64,000 bases of DNA from Gonapodya sp. JEL0774. Lineage: Eukaryota. Positions within the stretch are counted from its first letter, which is position 1, and each line of letters starts with the position of its first letter. The translations under genes were made by a program, and so were the position numbers. Location: contig JADIIX010000076.1 of assembly GCA_027604505.1 (NCBI GenBank), positions 1-64,000 of the forward strand, read 5' to 3'. Below are positions 1 through 10,414 of this stretch, piece by piece. The notes beneath the pieces were generated by a model. The model saw nothing but the letters and a program-made list of their open reading frames with translations. It ran no database searches and had not been told where the DNA came from.

Positions 1-74
1 CCCCTCCACCCCCTCCCCTCCACCCCCACCCCACACCATCCCACACCTCCCACACCCCACCCACACCCCGACAG

Positions 75-1420
75 TCACCCTCGACTTCAAGGCCCGCAAA
101 GTCACCGTCACGGGGCCTCGTGGAACTCTCTCAAAGGACTTTTCCCACGTCAACATGGAACTCGTCCGCGTCGGCAAGTCCAGAGTCAAGATTGTCGTCT
201 GGCACGGCGGCAGGAAGCACATCGCCTGTATCAGGACTGTGTATACCCATATCATGAATTTGATTAAGGGGGTGACCAAGGTGAGAGAGCGCGAGCGAAG
301 CGAGCGCCGGCCGGCCGGAGGTGAGCGAAGCGAACCGGAGGCCTGCCTCGCCCAAGCGTCAGCGACGGGCAGAGTCCGCCGGAGGCGAGAGATTCCCTCG
401 CGGAGTGACCCCTCTCGCCCAAGCGTCAGCGACGGGCAGAGTCCGCCGGAGGCGAGTGATTCCCTCGCGGAGTGACCCCTCTCGCCCAAGCGTCAGCGAC
501 GGGCACAGTCCGCCGGAGGCGATTGATGTCCTCGCGGAGTGAGCGAAGCGAACGGAGCGAGGGGCCTGCCGGAGGCGAGTGACCCTTCTCGCCCACAAGA
601 GTCCGCCGGAGGCGAATGAATACAGCGGTCCATATGGACCAATTGACCCTTCCGGCTCTTACCGTCCCTCCCACTCCTCCCACTCCTCCCACTCCCACTC
701 GTTAGGGCTTCGAGTACAAGATGCGATTCGTGTACGCCCACTTCCCCATCAACGTCAACATCACCGACGCTGGTAAATCCTTGGAGATTCGCAACTATTT
801 GGGCGAGAAGATTGTCAGGCGCGTCGACATGTTGGACGGTGTCACCGTGGCACATTCCACCGCGCAAAAGGACGAGATTGTTGTGGCTGGGAGTGATGTC
901 GAGAAGGTGTCCATGAGTGGTGAGTCACCCCCCGAGCGGAGTGAGCGAAGCGAACGGAGCGAGGGCCCTGCGCGAGCGTGAGCGAGCGCCTGTCCCGACC
1001 GAAGGGAGGGAGTCCGCCGGAGGCGAATGGCCGAGCGGAGCGAGGCCCTCGCCCAAGCGTCAGCGACGGGCAGAGTCCTCCGGAGGCGAATGAGTTTACG
1101 TCGTCGGCCCATATGGACCAATTGACCCTAGCCCATATGGACCAATTGACCCTTTTGACCGCACCGGACTGGACCGGAGGCGAATTATCCTCTTCTGCGA
1201 CCGCCTGTGCGAGCGTTCGCGAGATGATCATCCATCACTCACCCCCTCCCCACACCCCCTACCCCACACCCCTTACCCACCACACCACACCACCCCTCAC
1301 CGCTTACCCCTCCCCCCAGCCGCGGCCATCCAGCAATCCACCTCGGTCAAGAACAAGGACATTCGCAAGTTCTTGGACGGGATATACGTGTCGGAGAAGG
1401 GGCATATCGTGAAGGAGTAG
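75..1420 (+). CDS. RPL9: 60S ribosomal protein L9 (uL6), 5'-partial; exons 75-280, 706-919, 1320-1420
   Basis: Spliced translation [25 protein letters not shown]...[25 protein letters not shown]...[15 protein letters not shown]...|[28 protein letters not shown] matches uL6. GT-AG introns are phase-consistent. Confidence 0.97.
285..650 (+). repeat. Intronic composite repeat in the first visible RPL9 intron: 67-bp-period tandem units plus GAGCGAAGCGA blocks
   Basis: The 42-bp core CTCGCCCAAGCGTCAGCGACGGGCAGAGTCCGCCGGAGGCGA occurs at 347, 414 and 481 (one mismatch in the third), with a truncated copy near 588. The block ends with CCATATGGACCAATTGACCCT (630-650). Confidence 0.9.
930..1185 (+). 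repeat. Second copy of the same repeat family in the next RPL9 intron
   Basis: The 30-bp block at 936-965 is identical to 534-563. The 42-bp core recurs at 1048-1089, and CCATATGGACCAATTGACCCT occurs twice (1109-1129, 1133-1153). Confidence 0.9.
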
Positions 1421-1711
1421 AGCCAATCGAGTGACAAGGAAGGGGGTGGTGGAGTGGGGTGGTGGGTCGGTGGGGTGACGGACGGACCGTGGGGACGGGG
1501 GGGGACGTGCGGGAAGTGTGGATGTGTGGTATATGGGTAGGCAAAAGCGGTGTACCATGGGGCTCCCCCCGAAATCGAAAGCGCACATATTTCTGTCGAA
1601 ACAAAACTGAGAGAAGCAACACTGGGGTTCGGCGGGTGGTGAATGGGATGGCAAATGGGGAACGCACAGGGTAGGGGTAGGCCATCATCGGAACCAACCC
1701 ACCATGAACGC

Positions 1712-1758
1712 TGTATGTGTCTGTGGGTCTGTGTGTGTGTTGTGGGTGTGTGTGTGTG
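1712..1758. repeat. Imperfect (GT)n microsatellite
   Basis: tgtatgtgtctgtgggtctgtgtgtgtgttgtgggtgtgtgtgtgtg. Confidence 0.7.
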
Positions 1759-2155
1759 CCTCGTGCATGCCTTGGTAACCCCACGCGCCCCCGGTCGACC
1801 CTCTCTGCGCTGTCCTGTCCCGTGTGTGTCTGTACGGTAGGTACGGCACCATGTGACATGTGACGGTTGGAGTGCTCGCGGGGTGTGGGCCGTGTAACCC
1901 ATGAACCTGTGTGAGAAGAAACCCGCCCGTCACGTTCCACCGGGGCCCAAGCCCCTCCCGAACCAGCACCCGACCTCGAAACAAGTGGCCGCGGGGGACA
2001 CGGACGGGGACACCGGTGGTTCCGGTACGAGAGGTGCACTGTTGTCCACTACTGCAGCACCGCCACCGGCCCCACCTCCCAACCGCGCACTGCCCCACCA
2101 CCTACCCTGCGCCGCGTGTCCCTCTTTGGACCGGCAGGACGAGGGAAGGGGGGGG

Positions 2156-2165
2156 NNNNNNNNNN
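2156..2165. other. Assembly gap (10 N) flanked by G-rich runs
   Basis: Ns in the sequence with poly-G on both sides. Confidence 0.99.
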
Positions 2166-3917
2166 GCCGCGCCGCGGGCTGCGCGGCGCCCGGGCGGCCG
2201 GCGGGGCCGGGGGGGGGGGGGGCGGGGGGGGGGGCGTCTCCTCGAATCCGCGAAGGCTCGAACCATTCGAATGACGTCGCTCGCTGTGTTGTTAGTACTG
2301 TGGATCGGTATCGTGGGCCGTAGGGTGCGGTGGGGCGTGTGAAAACACGTGTGGACCGCCGACACTACCGGTGAAGTGATTCACCCCCCGCCGCTCACCC
2401 GCCACCCGCCCCCGTCCGCTCCAGTTCGCGCTGGATCGGATTGAACGAATCGCGGGTATTATGATGCGAATTGTCTCACCCCACCAGTTTTTTAGATGTC
2501 TACGCACACCAATTCTCCAAGCCGCTCGTCTTCGGTTCCCGTATCAGGTCACTTATCTCCAAGTGAATTAATATCAAATGGCCCACCTGCAAAGGTGGCG
2601 ATTTACAGCGAGCCTTTGGACGTCACAGTTCACACCAATGCATTGAAAGAACGAGAACGCTGCCGCACGATCAGATTTGGCACAGCCGCCAGAAGCATCT
2701 GGAGAACTTCGTTCTTGTACTTGAACTATGTAATGTCAGTAATGTATTGCGCACATCTGTATATGAATATGTTCCAAGTGCTCTTCCCCAAGCTGTCAGA
2801 CCAACTCTCCTTACATATCCAGCCCTTCCCCACTCCAAATAAACGTTTCCAAAATGATTGTTGGAGTCTTACTCAACGATACCGGTTACTCTAGGACAAC
2901 ATCGCTGGTCCGCGACCTCCCTTCCCTGCCCCCTGCCCCTTCACTTCGCACACCCATTTCCACCTCCCCCGACTTGGCAGCCCTGCATTGCAGAACACAA
3001 AACACAGTCAAGACACCTATCCCAGGTCCCACATTCCATGGTCTCACGTCCCCCCCCACTCTCCCTGTTTTTTCTCCCCACCGTGGATCAGCCTGGTCTC
3101 GCGTCAGCCAAGTTCACTCAGCTACTCACACTCCCTGCTGCAACTACCATGCGCCCCAACATACTCCGCACGTTCCGTCCGCATAGTGTTGCATCCAGGC
3201 AAACAGCCTTCCGCCGCTACTTGTCCTTGTCCTTCCTTTAGGTCCGTGTCATGCGGTCCATAAGCCCTTTCCTTCCACTGGGTCAGTCCCTGACTCCTGA
3301 CGCGACCACTCCCTGCCCCCCGTGCTCATACTTCCACCCTCCCCGCACAATACCACAGTATCGTGTCTGCATTCAATCGGTACAAACCCTCGCTTCCGCA
3401 TTCCTTCCCTGTGTGATCCTGTTGCACGCTGTCCCATGCATCAGCGTGCTCATGGACCTGATATCAGCGGCTCTGCACACTCTGCACACCACCATCTACT
3501 TAAGAATTGAATTACACGCAGCGCTCAGTCCGCGTGCGCCCCGTCTCAAGAGTTTGAATGTTCAGGCTCCGTCCGCCATTTGGTAAATACACAACAAACC
3601 GTCCCAGTCTTACCAGCCTAGCTGCCTATTCTCAAGTAAATGGTCTCCTAAGGCCCAAAATCGCTAGCAGCCTTGATTAAAGACTATGATCAGCTCTCCG
3701 TGGGTTGGGCGGTAGGACGCTAGAGAAGGCGGGGAGCACGAAATCCTGGGAGTACGAAAAACACAAATTTCGCATTATGAGCATTCATGTGCAAATGGCT
3801 TTAGACTTGCGTCGAATGTAGATTGCTGACTGCAGTACGATCAACGAATATACCTGTCGCAGCCCTCGGCGAGCTCCCGTTGAGCCCGCTGACCTGCAAA
3901 ACGTTTTGCACCCATCA

Positions 3918-6900
3918 ATGGATCCCACCCACCCATTGCTGCCCGGAAACCACAGAAACCTTCCATCTCCACCTGCAAGTCCGCTCGGAAAGTGGCCGTC
4001 TGGTGCTGGTGGGCCTGGGGCAGCCGCGCATTCCTCCGGCCCAACATGGAGCTCTTGGAACCACGACGAGTTCCATCGCGGGGACTGGGCGGGAAGCGAT
4101 GTGAGGCATTCAGTGGCTGCCGGAAGACCTGGCTCGGCGGCGCAGGACGCTATGTCGGCGGATGCGGGTGGTTGGGACCGGATGGCGCTGGCTGGGCAAT
4201 CGTATTATCAAGGTCATCATGGGTACCAACACCAACAATGGCACAACGACTGTGACCACATGTCTACTTCGATGATGGGCAACGTAGACAACGGTGTACC
4301 CCTTGCTCCTCCTAGGGTGAAAAACATTGACCACCGCGATCATGCGCAGCAATCTCACTGGAGCCATGGTGTGACTTTGCCTTCTCCCAATTCCCATGGG
4401 CGCTACCTTGACCCACCATCCAGATTCTCGCCAAAGACCCACCCGCTGCCTCCCCCGCCTCCGAGAGAACACCTTCCGCCACCACCTGCAGCATCGACAC
4501 CTCCGCCACCTCGGAGCAGGCCTCGCTCGCGGTCGCCCGCGAGGTCACGAAATGCCGTACCTCGTAGGGATGAGTCGTACCAACCGAACCCGTACAACTA
4601 CCCGCATGTGTACCCCCCGGCACACCACCACTCTCACTGGGGAGAAGAGCAGGAGGAGTCGTACCGGCCTCTGCGACAAACCTCTCCATACTGGCCCGGT
4701 GATCCTCGGACCTACCCTCCTTCGTACACACTCCCACTTCTGGAACCTCTCTGGGACGCCTACCAGTACGATCCCGCCCAAGCCACGTCGGTCGCGCCCT
4801 CCGCGCCAAACGAGCCACTCGATCTTGGTGATCGCACGTGGAGACCCCGCGGACAACCGCCAAGTCTCCCGTCTGATCAATCCACGTCGAGGCCACGGGA
4901 AGACACCCGCCAGTCCCATCCGGCCCAACTCACTCCAACCGCGCGGCACGTGTCAATCTCAGCAAGTGCGCAATCCCTCTCAACCGCACCATCCGCACCA
5001 CCCGCGCAATCCGTGTCAACCGCACCACCTGCGCCACCTGCGGAATCCATGTCAAGCGCACCACTTGCCCCTCCCTTGCGAACCGCACCAACAAAACCAG
5101 CCGTGCGAACTGTATCAATCAAACCATTCGTGCGAACCGCACTAACTGAGGCACCCGGGCCAGCCACACAAACCGCGTCATCCGTGTCAACCGCACCACC
5201 GCCGCCTCTCGCGCAATCAGGGTCAACCGCACCACCCGCGCCACCAATGCGAACCGCACCAAACAAGCCAACCCTGCGAACTGTGACAATCGAGCCACTC
5301 GTGCGACCCGCAACAACCGAGCCAGGCGGGCCAGACACAGCAAGCGCCTCATCCTTGTCAACCCTACCACCCCCCCCACCCGTGCCTCCCACGCCAACCG
5401 CAACAACTGCAATTACTGCACCCATCGCGTCGACCGCCACAACTACGCCGATGGTGTCAACCTCGCCAACCTCCTCACTGTATCCCGCTGATCGCTCCTG
5501 GAGGCCCGCGGGACAACCGGCACATCCTCCGTCGAATCGATCCAGTTCGAAATCGAGACCGCGGGGAGTGGAACGACCTCGCTCGCGGTCCCGCGCCATG
5601 CCTCCTGTCAGACCCCGCTCACGATCCCGCGTCAGGTCTCCTGTCAGACGCCGCTCGCGGTCGCCCGCCAGGTCTCCTGTCAGACGCCGCTCGCGGTCGC
5701 CCGCCAGGTCTCCTGTCAGACCCCGCGCCAGATCTCCTCCCAGATCGCGCCCTTGGTCCATCACCACCTCTCCTGTGAGGTCTCCTGGCGGGCCACGCGT
5801 CCGATCCCGCGCCAGATCCCGCTCCAGATCCCCTCCCAAGCCGCGCCACTGGTCAATCACGACCTCCCCTGTCAGGTCCCGCGCCAGGTCTCGCGCGCGC
5901 TCCCGTGCCCCATCACGCTGGAGACCCCGTTCGAGGTCCAGGTCTAGAGAATGGGAATGGGATTGGGCTCGCGATCGTTCACGGGTCCGAGGTGGCTCCC
6001 CGCGGCGATCGCCAGGTCCCGCCCGCCGCGAGAACTCCTTGCCCCAGCCCGCAGCGAGAGGGGTCGAAAGAACGAGAGAAAGGTCGCTTGATAATGACAG
6101 GGGGAGTCCCAAGGAGCGTAGACTGTTGTCGCCAGAGAAGTTGAAGCTCCCACCCGCTGTGCCCAACTCGCCGCTGCGTGAGGATGACCGCGACCGTCAA
6201 GCCATCAAAACGTCGTCGTCGTCTGGTACCGCGTTTTTACCACCATCTGGTGAGAATGCAAGGCTCCGGGCAGATGGAGAGCCAAGTGCGGTCGAAGGAG
6301 TTGATCTGGCTATGGAGGACTCACAAGGTAAATTGGACTCGGCCGGAGCTGATGGAACACAGGACAATCTCCATCATGTGGTCGTTGCGCCACCGGAAGC
6401 ATCTCAACAAGACAATCATTCTTCATTGTTATCACCTCCTACAGCACCGCCACCCGCTACAGCACAGGAGGACATGTCACCCGTAAATTTTGCGACCTCC
6501 TGCACATCATCATCACCGGCACAACCAGCGCAACCGTTACGGCCTCCTACAACTCCGACTATTTCTGAACCTGTACCTGCAGTTGCACAAACTGTTGAGC
6601 AAGTAACATCTCTTCAACCACCAAGCAAAACATCGAGCCTCACCATACCTGACGGAGTACCCGATTCGACACCTTCCTCCCGCCCTCTTTCACCGCTCGG
6701 TCGGCTCATCGGTGGCGCCCGCCCACGGAGACGGTGGGAGCGTGAGGCCGCGTCAACCTCCGACGGGGTTTCTCATTCGACGGGTGACCTCACGCGGTCC
6801 CCAGCCGCGGCACTCTCCCAACTCATCGCCAATTCAACGGCATCTGCATCGTCACCCTCAGTTGGCTCTGCCATGACGGTGACTTCGGTTGCTACTGTGC

Positions 6901-8135
6901 CCTCCACGACTGTGTCCGGACAGGTCACGCCGGTGCGGTCCCATCCAGTGACAGCGGAGCCTGTCCTTGTATCAGCACCCATCGCAACCCAATTATTCGC
7001 GGGCAACGTCAAATCCCCCGTCGTCGCGCGGGGGCATGACGCAGTCAGGGAGCATGACGTTGTCGATTTACCGGCCCCGCGTCTAGAAGGTCTCGCACCT
7101 GCTGAAACAACACCCGTGGCGCCTACTTCTACTGCAATCGAGCCCATTCGCGTCGAAGCAACTCCCGCCACGCAGACCCATGCTGGTCAGGCGACCCGCT
7201 TTCCAACCCAAGTCGTTACACCCATCGCCACGACACCTTTTGCAGTCACGAACCCCATTAGCTCTCAAGCAACTCCCGTCAACCAGGCTCCTGTTGCATC
7301 GATCCTTAATCCTCTTCTGACAACTCCCATCTCCCTGACTCCATCCACGCAGGTGGATTCCACCACCCCGAACACACTCACCGTACCGTTACCGCTTGCT
7401 CCGATCGGACCTCCCACGGGGCTTTCGGAGTTGTCTTCTTCGCTCGTTTCACAATTCTCTATCACGGGTGGTGTGGCTCCCGATACCTCAATGGAGATTG
7501 CATGGTTGAGGAGACCAAATGCCGCAGGGGAGATGGTGTATGTGCCGGTGCCGTACAATGCGCAGGCGATGGTGTTGGGAATGGGGTTGGGAATGGGGAT
7601 GGGAATGGGGATGGGAGGGATTGGAGGGGCAGGGGCGATAGCAGGATTAGGAGGGGCGGGGACGATGGGAGAGTTGGGAGGGACGGGAATGCAAATGCCT
7701 GGAGGTCAGCCGTTTCCATATGTTGGAGGGGTCAATGGGATGCCCATGGGCGCAATGCCAATGCGGGGGATGCAGATGGGCTCTATGCCCATCGGAGGGA
7801 TGCCGTTGGGGACTACGCCCTTGAATGGCATGGCCGGGAGTGGGATGACAACTAGCGGGCCGATCAGCGGGATGCCAATCGGTGGCATGCAAATAGGCGT
7901 GCCTGGGAGTGGGATGCCGTTGGGTGGGATGCCTGGTGCGGCACATGGAAGCTACGGGATACAGGGAATTCCGCACCCGAGCCAAATGCAGATGCATGTC
8001 GCTCCACAATACGGCCAAGCCGGGACTGGTGGGTGGCACTTTAGTGGGGTACCAGCCCCCGCGCAACCGGCAGTGTTACCTGACCCTAATGGATTGAGAG
8101 GAGTTGGAAACGCTGGCAATGCGACTTCTGGTTGA
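3918..8135 (+). CDS. Hypothetical ~1400-aa intrinsically disordered protein with Pro/Thr repeats, an RS/SPxR domain and a Met/Gly-rich C-terminus
   Basis: 4.2-kb uninterrupted ORF, first ATG at 3918, with coherent domain-like composition blocks. No recognisable folded domain. Confidence 0.75.
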   Translation: MDPTHPLLPGNHRNLPSPPASPLGKWPSGAGGPGAAAHSSGPTWSSWNHDEFHRGDWAGSDVRHSVAAGRPGSAAQDAMSADAGGWDRMALAGQSYYQGHHGYQHQQWHNDCDHMSTSMMGNVDNGVPLAPPRVKNIDHRDHAQQSHWSHGVTLPSPNSHGRYLDPPSRFSPKTHPLPPPPPREHLPPPPAASTPPPPRSRPRSRSPARSRNAVPRRDESYQPNPYNYPHVYPPAHHHSHWGEEQEESYRPLRQTSPYWPGDPRTYPPSYTLPLLEPLWDAYQYDPAQATSVAPSAPNEPLDLGDRTWRPRGQPPSLPSDQSTSRPREDTRQSHPAQLTPTARHVSISASAQSLSTAPSAPPAQSVSTAPPAPPAESMSSAPLAPPLRTAPTKPAVRTVSIKPFVRTALTEAPGPATQTASSVSTAPPPPLAQSGSTAPPAPPMRTAPNKPTLRTVTIEPLVRPATTEPGGPDTASASSLSTLPPPPPVPPTPTATTAITAPIASTATTTPMVSTSPTSSLYPADRSWRPAGQPAHPPSNRSSSKSRPRGVERPRSRSRAMPPVRPRSRSRVRSPVRRRSRSPARSPVRRRSRSPARSPVRPRARSPPRSRPWSITTSPVRSPGGPRVRSRARSRSRSPPKPRHWSITTSPVRSRARSRARSRAPSRWRPRSRSRSREWEWDWARDRSRVRGGSPRRSPGPARRENSLPQPAARGVERTRERSLDNDRGSPKERRLLSPEKLKLPPAVPNSPLREDDRDRQAIKTSSSSGTAFLPPSGENARLRADGEPSAVEGVDLAMEDSQGKLDSAGADGTQDNLHHVVVAPPEASQQDNHSSLLSPPTAPPPATAQEDMSPVNFATSCTSSSPAQPAQPLRPPTTPTISEPVPAVAQTVEQVTSLQPPSKTSSLTIPDGVPDSTPSSRPLSPLGRLIGGARPRRRWEREAASTSDGVSHSTGDLTRSPAAALSQLIANSTASASSPSVGSAMTVTSVATVPSTTVSGQVTPVRSHPVTAEPVLVSAPIATQLFAGNVKSPVVARGHDAVREHDVVDLPAPRLEGLAPAETTPVAPTSTAIEPIRVEATPATQTHAGQATRFPTQVVTPIATTPFAVTNPISSQATPVNQAPVASILNPLLTTPISLTPSTQVDSTTPNTLTVPLPLAPIGPPTGLSELSSSLVSQFSITGGVAPDTSMEIAWLRRPNAAGEMVYVPVPYNAQAMVLGMGLGMGMGMGMGGIGGAGAIAGLGGAGTMGELGGTGMQMPGGQPFPYVGGVNGMPMGAMPMRGMQMGSMPIGGMPLGTTPLNGMAGSGMTTSGPISGMPIGGMQIGVPGSGMPLGGMPGAAHGSYGIQGIPHPSQMQMHVAPQYGQAGTGGWHFSGVPAPAQPAVLPDPNGLRGVGNAGNATSG
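5580..5945 (+). repeat. Coding 36-bp-period tandem repeat encoding SPVRRRSRSPAR-type units
   Basis: GGTCTCCTGTCAGACGCCGCTCGCGGTCGCCCGCCA repeats exactly at about 5635 and 5671, with degenerate copies on either side; WSITTSPVRS occurs twice. Confidence 0.85.
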
Positions 8136-8347
8136 TATGGCGAGGAAGGAGAAGTCTCCACATCATCGGACTCAATTGCAATTTTTTTTTTTTTTAAAAT
8201 GGCATATAATTAGCATACTACCATCATATAGAAGTTTTGAAGCACGAATACATTGTCGTTTTGCCAACTTCTGCGTAGTCTAGTCTGCACGAAGGTGATT
8301 GATTGCGAGGGCACATCGTCCTCATCGAAATTAATTGATTCGAGCTC

Positions 8348-10354
8348 ATGGCCGGACATTCGTCCTCATCTTCGACAATTTCAGCTTGGAATCTTCATCT
8401 TGCAACCCTGAAAGACGAGTTTCCCGGCAGGACTCGTGAAATCGATGCTCTAGCAAGTCTCCTCGTCGGCTCGCCTTCGTCACCCCAAATCCCGACTTCT
8501 ATCAACCAAAGGCATCCTCCCGGGAGCTCTTCCGCTGTATTGTCCACCGATGTGCCTTGCGAATTTATTTCAATATCCTCGGTCCCTTCCCTACTCGTCT
8601 ACGGTGATCCGGCAACTGGAAAAACTTCTCTTGTAAATGCGTTCCTTCGCCCGTTCGCGCGCAACGGTCTTGCTGCATTTGCGAATTGCTTAGAATGCCA
8701 GACTCCTAGGCTGCTTTTGGAACACCTGGCAGATCAGCTGGCGTCGGCCGGTGAACGGAAGATTGGACACTCTCCTGTTCAAAATATAGCCGGCCCCAAC
8801 CCCGACAGGGGGTACGCTCGGCCGTTTAGATGTGACTCGATGGTGGACTTTATGAACAAGCTGAGAGAGATGGACGACACCATTCCTCGCTCGATTTCTG
8901 CGGTGCCTCCCCTTCGCACCACCCGATTCCTCGTTTTGGACCGTGCGGAACGTCTCAGGGACGGTGATCCTCAGCTTTTCAATCAAGTCATGAGGATATA
9001 CGAATCTGTACGTGCTGTTTGGAGGATGTATGGGGAAAGTGGTGGACATTCTAGTTGCTAAGCTCGTGACGTCGACACAATCCAGACCCTTCACCCCAAC
9101 ATGGCGACTGTCCCAATCCTGATCAGCACATCACCACCTACAACATTCATCAATCCTCTATTCCCACCTCTACCTCAAGTATTGCACTTTCCACCTTATC
9201 CCCCCGCTGCTCTTGTTGCCATCCTTCGCCGTCGTCGACCACCTGTCGAACCCCATTTGGTTCAAGTTTATGACGGCTTTTCAGCACTTTTTGTAGACAT
9301 GGTGGCTAGCTCCACAAGAAATCTGGTTGAAGTGGCACACGTAGCAAACGTCGTGTGGAGGAAATATGTCGAGCCTGTACAAGAAGGCCGAAGTAAGTTG
9401 AAAAATTTTCAACCCTTCGGGCACCCGAAAACGACAACCCTGCTCGTGCATAAATGCACCTCAGAGTTGAATGCTCCCGTGTGAAGTGCGGCCGCTCAAC
9501 TTACATTCTAGCGTCTGGTTCACCGTTATCGTTTTCATCTCCATCATTCTGGAAAAGTTCGCGCCACCGACAGCGTCAAGCTCTATCGTAATATTCGGCC
9601 TTACATCAAGGAAGTACTCGACAAACTGTACCTGCGCGAGGTCTCCGGGGTGGATTGGAGGGTCGGAAACCAAGCACCCCAACTAGCGACAACAATGGTG
9701 CCACAGCCACTTCGACCAGGTACGCCATGATGATTTATAAATTACACGTAGAATCTCGATCTCAAAGAGCACTCTATTTAATACAGCTCCCGATCCTTCA
9801 CTTCCCAAATATTCCAAGTTTCTGATCTTGGCGTCGTTCTTGGCGAGTTACAACCCTCAGAAACATGATCGAAAGCTTTTCTCAAAAGAGGGTGAGGGGC
9901 GAAAGGGAAAGAAGGGGAAGAGGGGACTTCAAATCAAGGAAACGAGGGGCAAGGTAGTTTTGGAATTATCGGGCGTTGGTCAAAACAAACGTTTCACACA
10001 ATCGTTTTTAGTTGCGGCAGCAACTTCTGGGTCCGAAAGCGTTCCCACTTGAGCGCATGACCGCCATCTTCTTCAGTATTCTTGATGACTCGATTGAGGA
10101 TACTGTAGACATAAACACTCAGGTAGGACTCCTCATTGAACATTTTGGTGCAGCGAATCGAGAGGGACTCAAGTATACTATTATCGAAGATCGTCACCCT
10201 TTTCTCTCTTCGCCTTCTGCAACGCGTAACATCAGCCAATTCGGATCGTTTGGACGGTATTCGTTGTCGATGTACTGCATCTTTTGATTACGCCATGAGA
10301 TTATCAAGGGAAGTTAAATTTGACCTGGCAAAGTACTTGGTAGACTTCTCTTAG
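8348..10354 (+). CDS. ORC5: Origin recognition complex subunit 5 (multi-exon)
   Basis: N-terminal [11 protein letters not shown], Walker A VYGDPATGKT, degenerate Walker B LVLDRAERLR, LHFPPY, ASFLASYNPQKHDRKLF, LLGPKAFPLERMTAIF, and C-terminal FDLAKYL. Confidence 0.93.
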
Positions 10355-10414
10355 AATTCAATATATCTGCAATCTGTTCTGTACAATGTACATATCTATC
10401 TATATACACAAAGA

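Noticed and set aside
347..530. Regularly spaced 42-bp repeats with ~25-bp spacers resembling a CRISPR array
   Set aside because: The spacers are nearly identical to each other, the array lies in a eukaryotic spliceosomal intron and there are no cas genes; it is a tandem repeat.
1421..3900. Numerous short ORFs between RPL9 and the 1400-aa ORF
   Set aside because: Low-complexity GC-rich sequence, no recognisable domains or coherent splice pattern, and interrupted by an assembly gap.
4877..6166. 429-aa minus-strand ORF
   Set aside because: Antisense shadow of the repetitive GC-rich plus-strand CDS.
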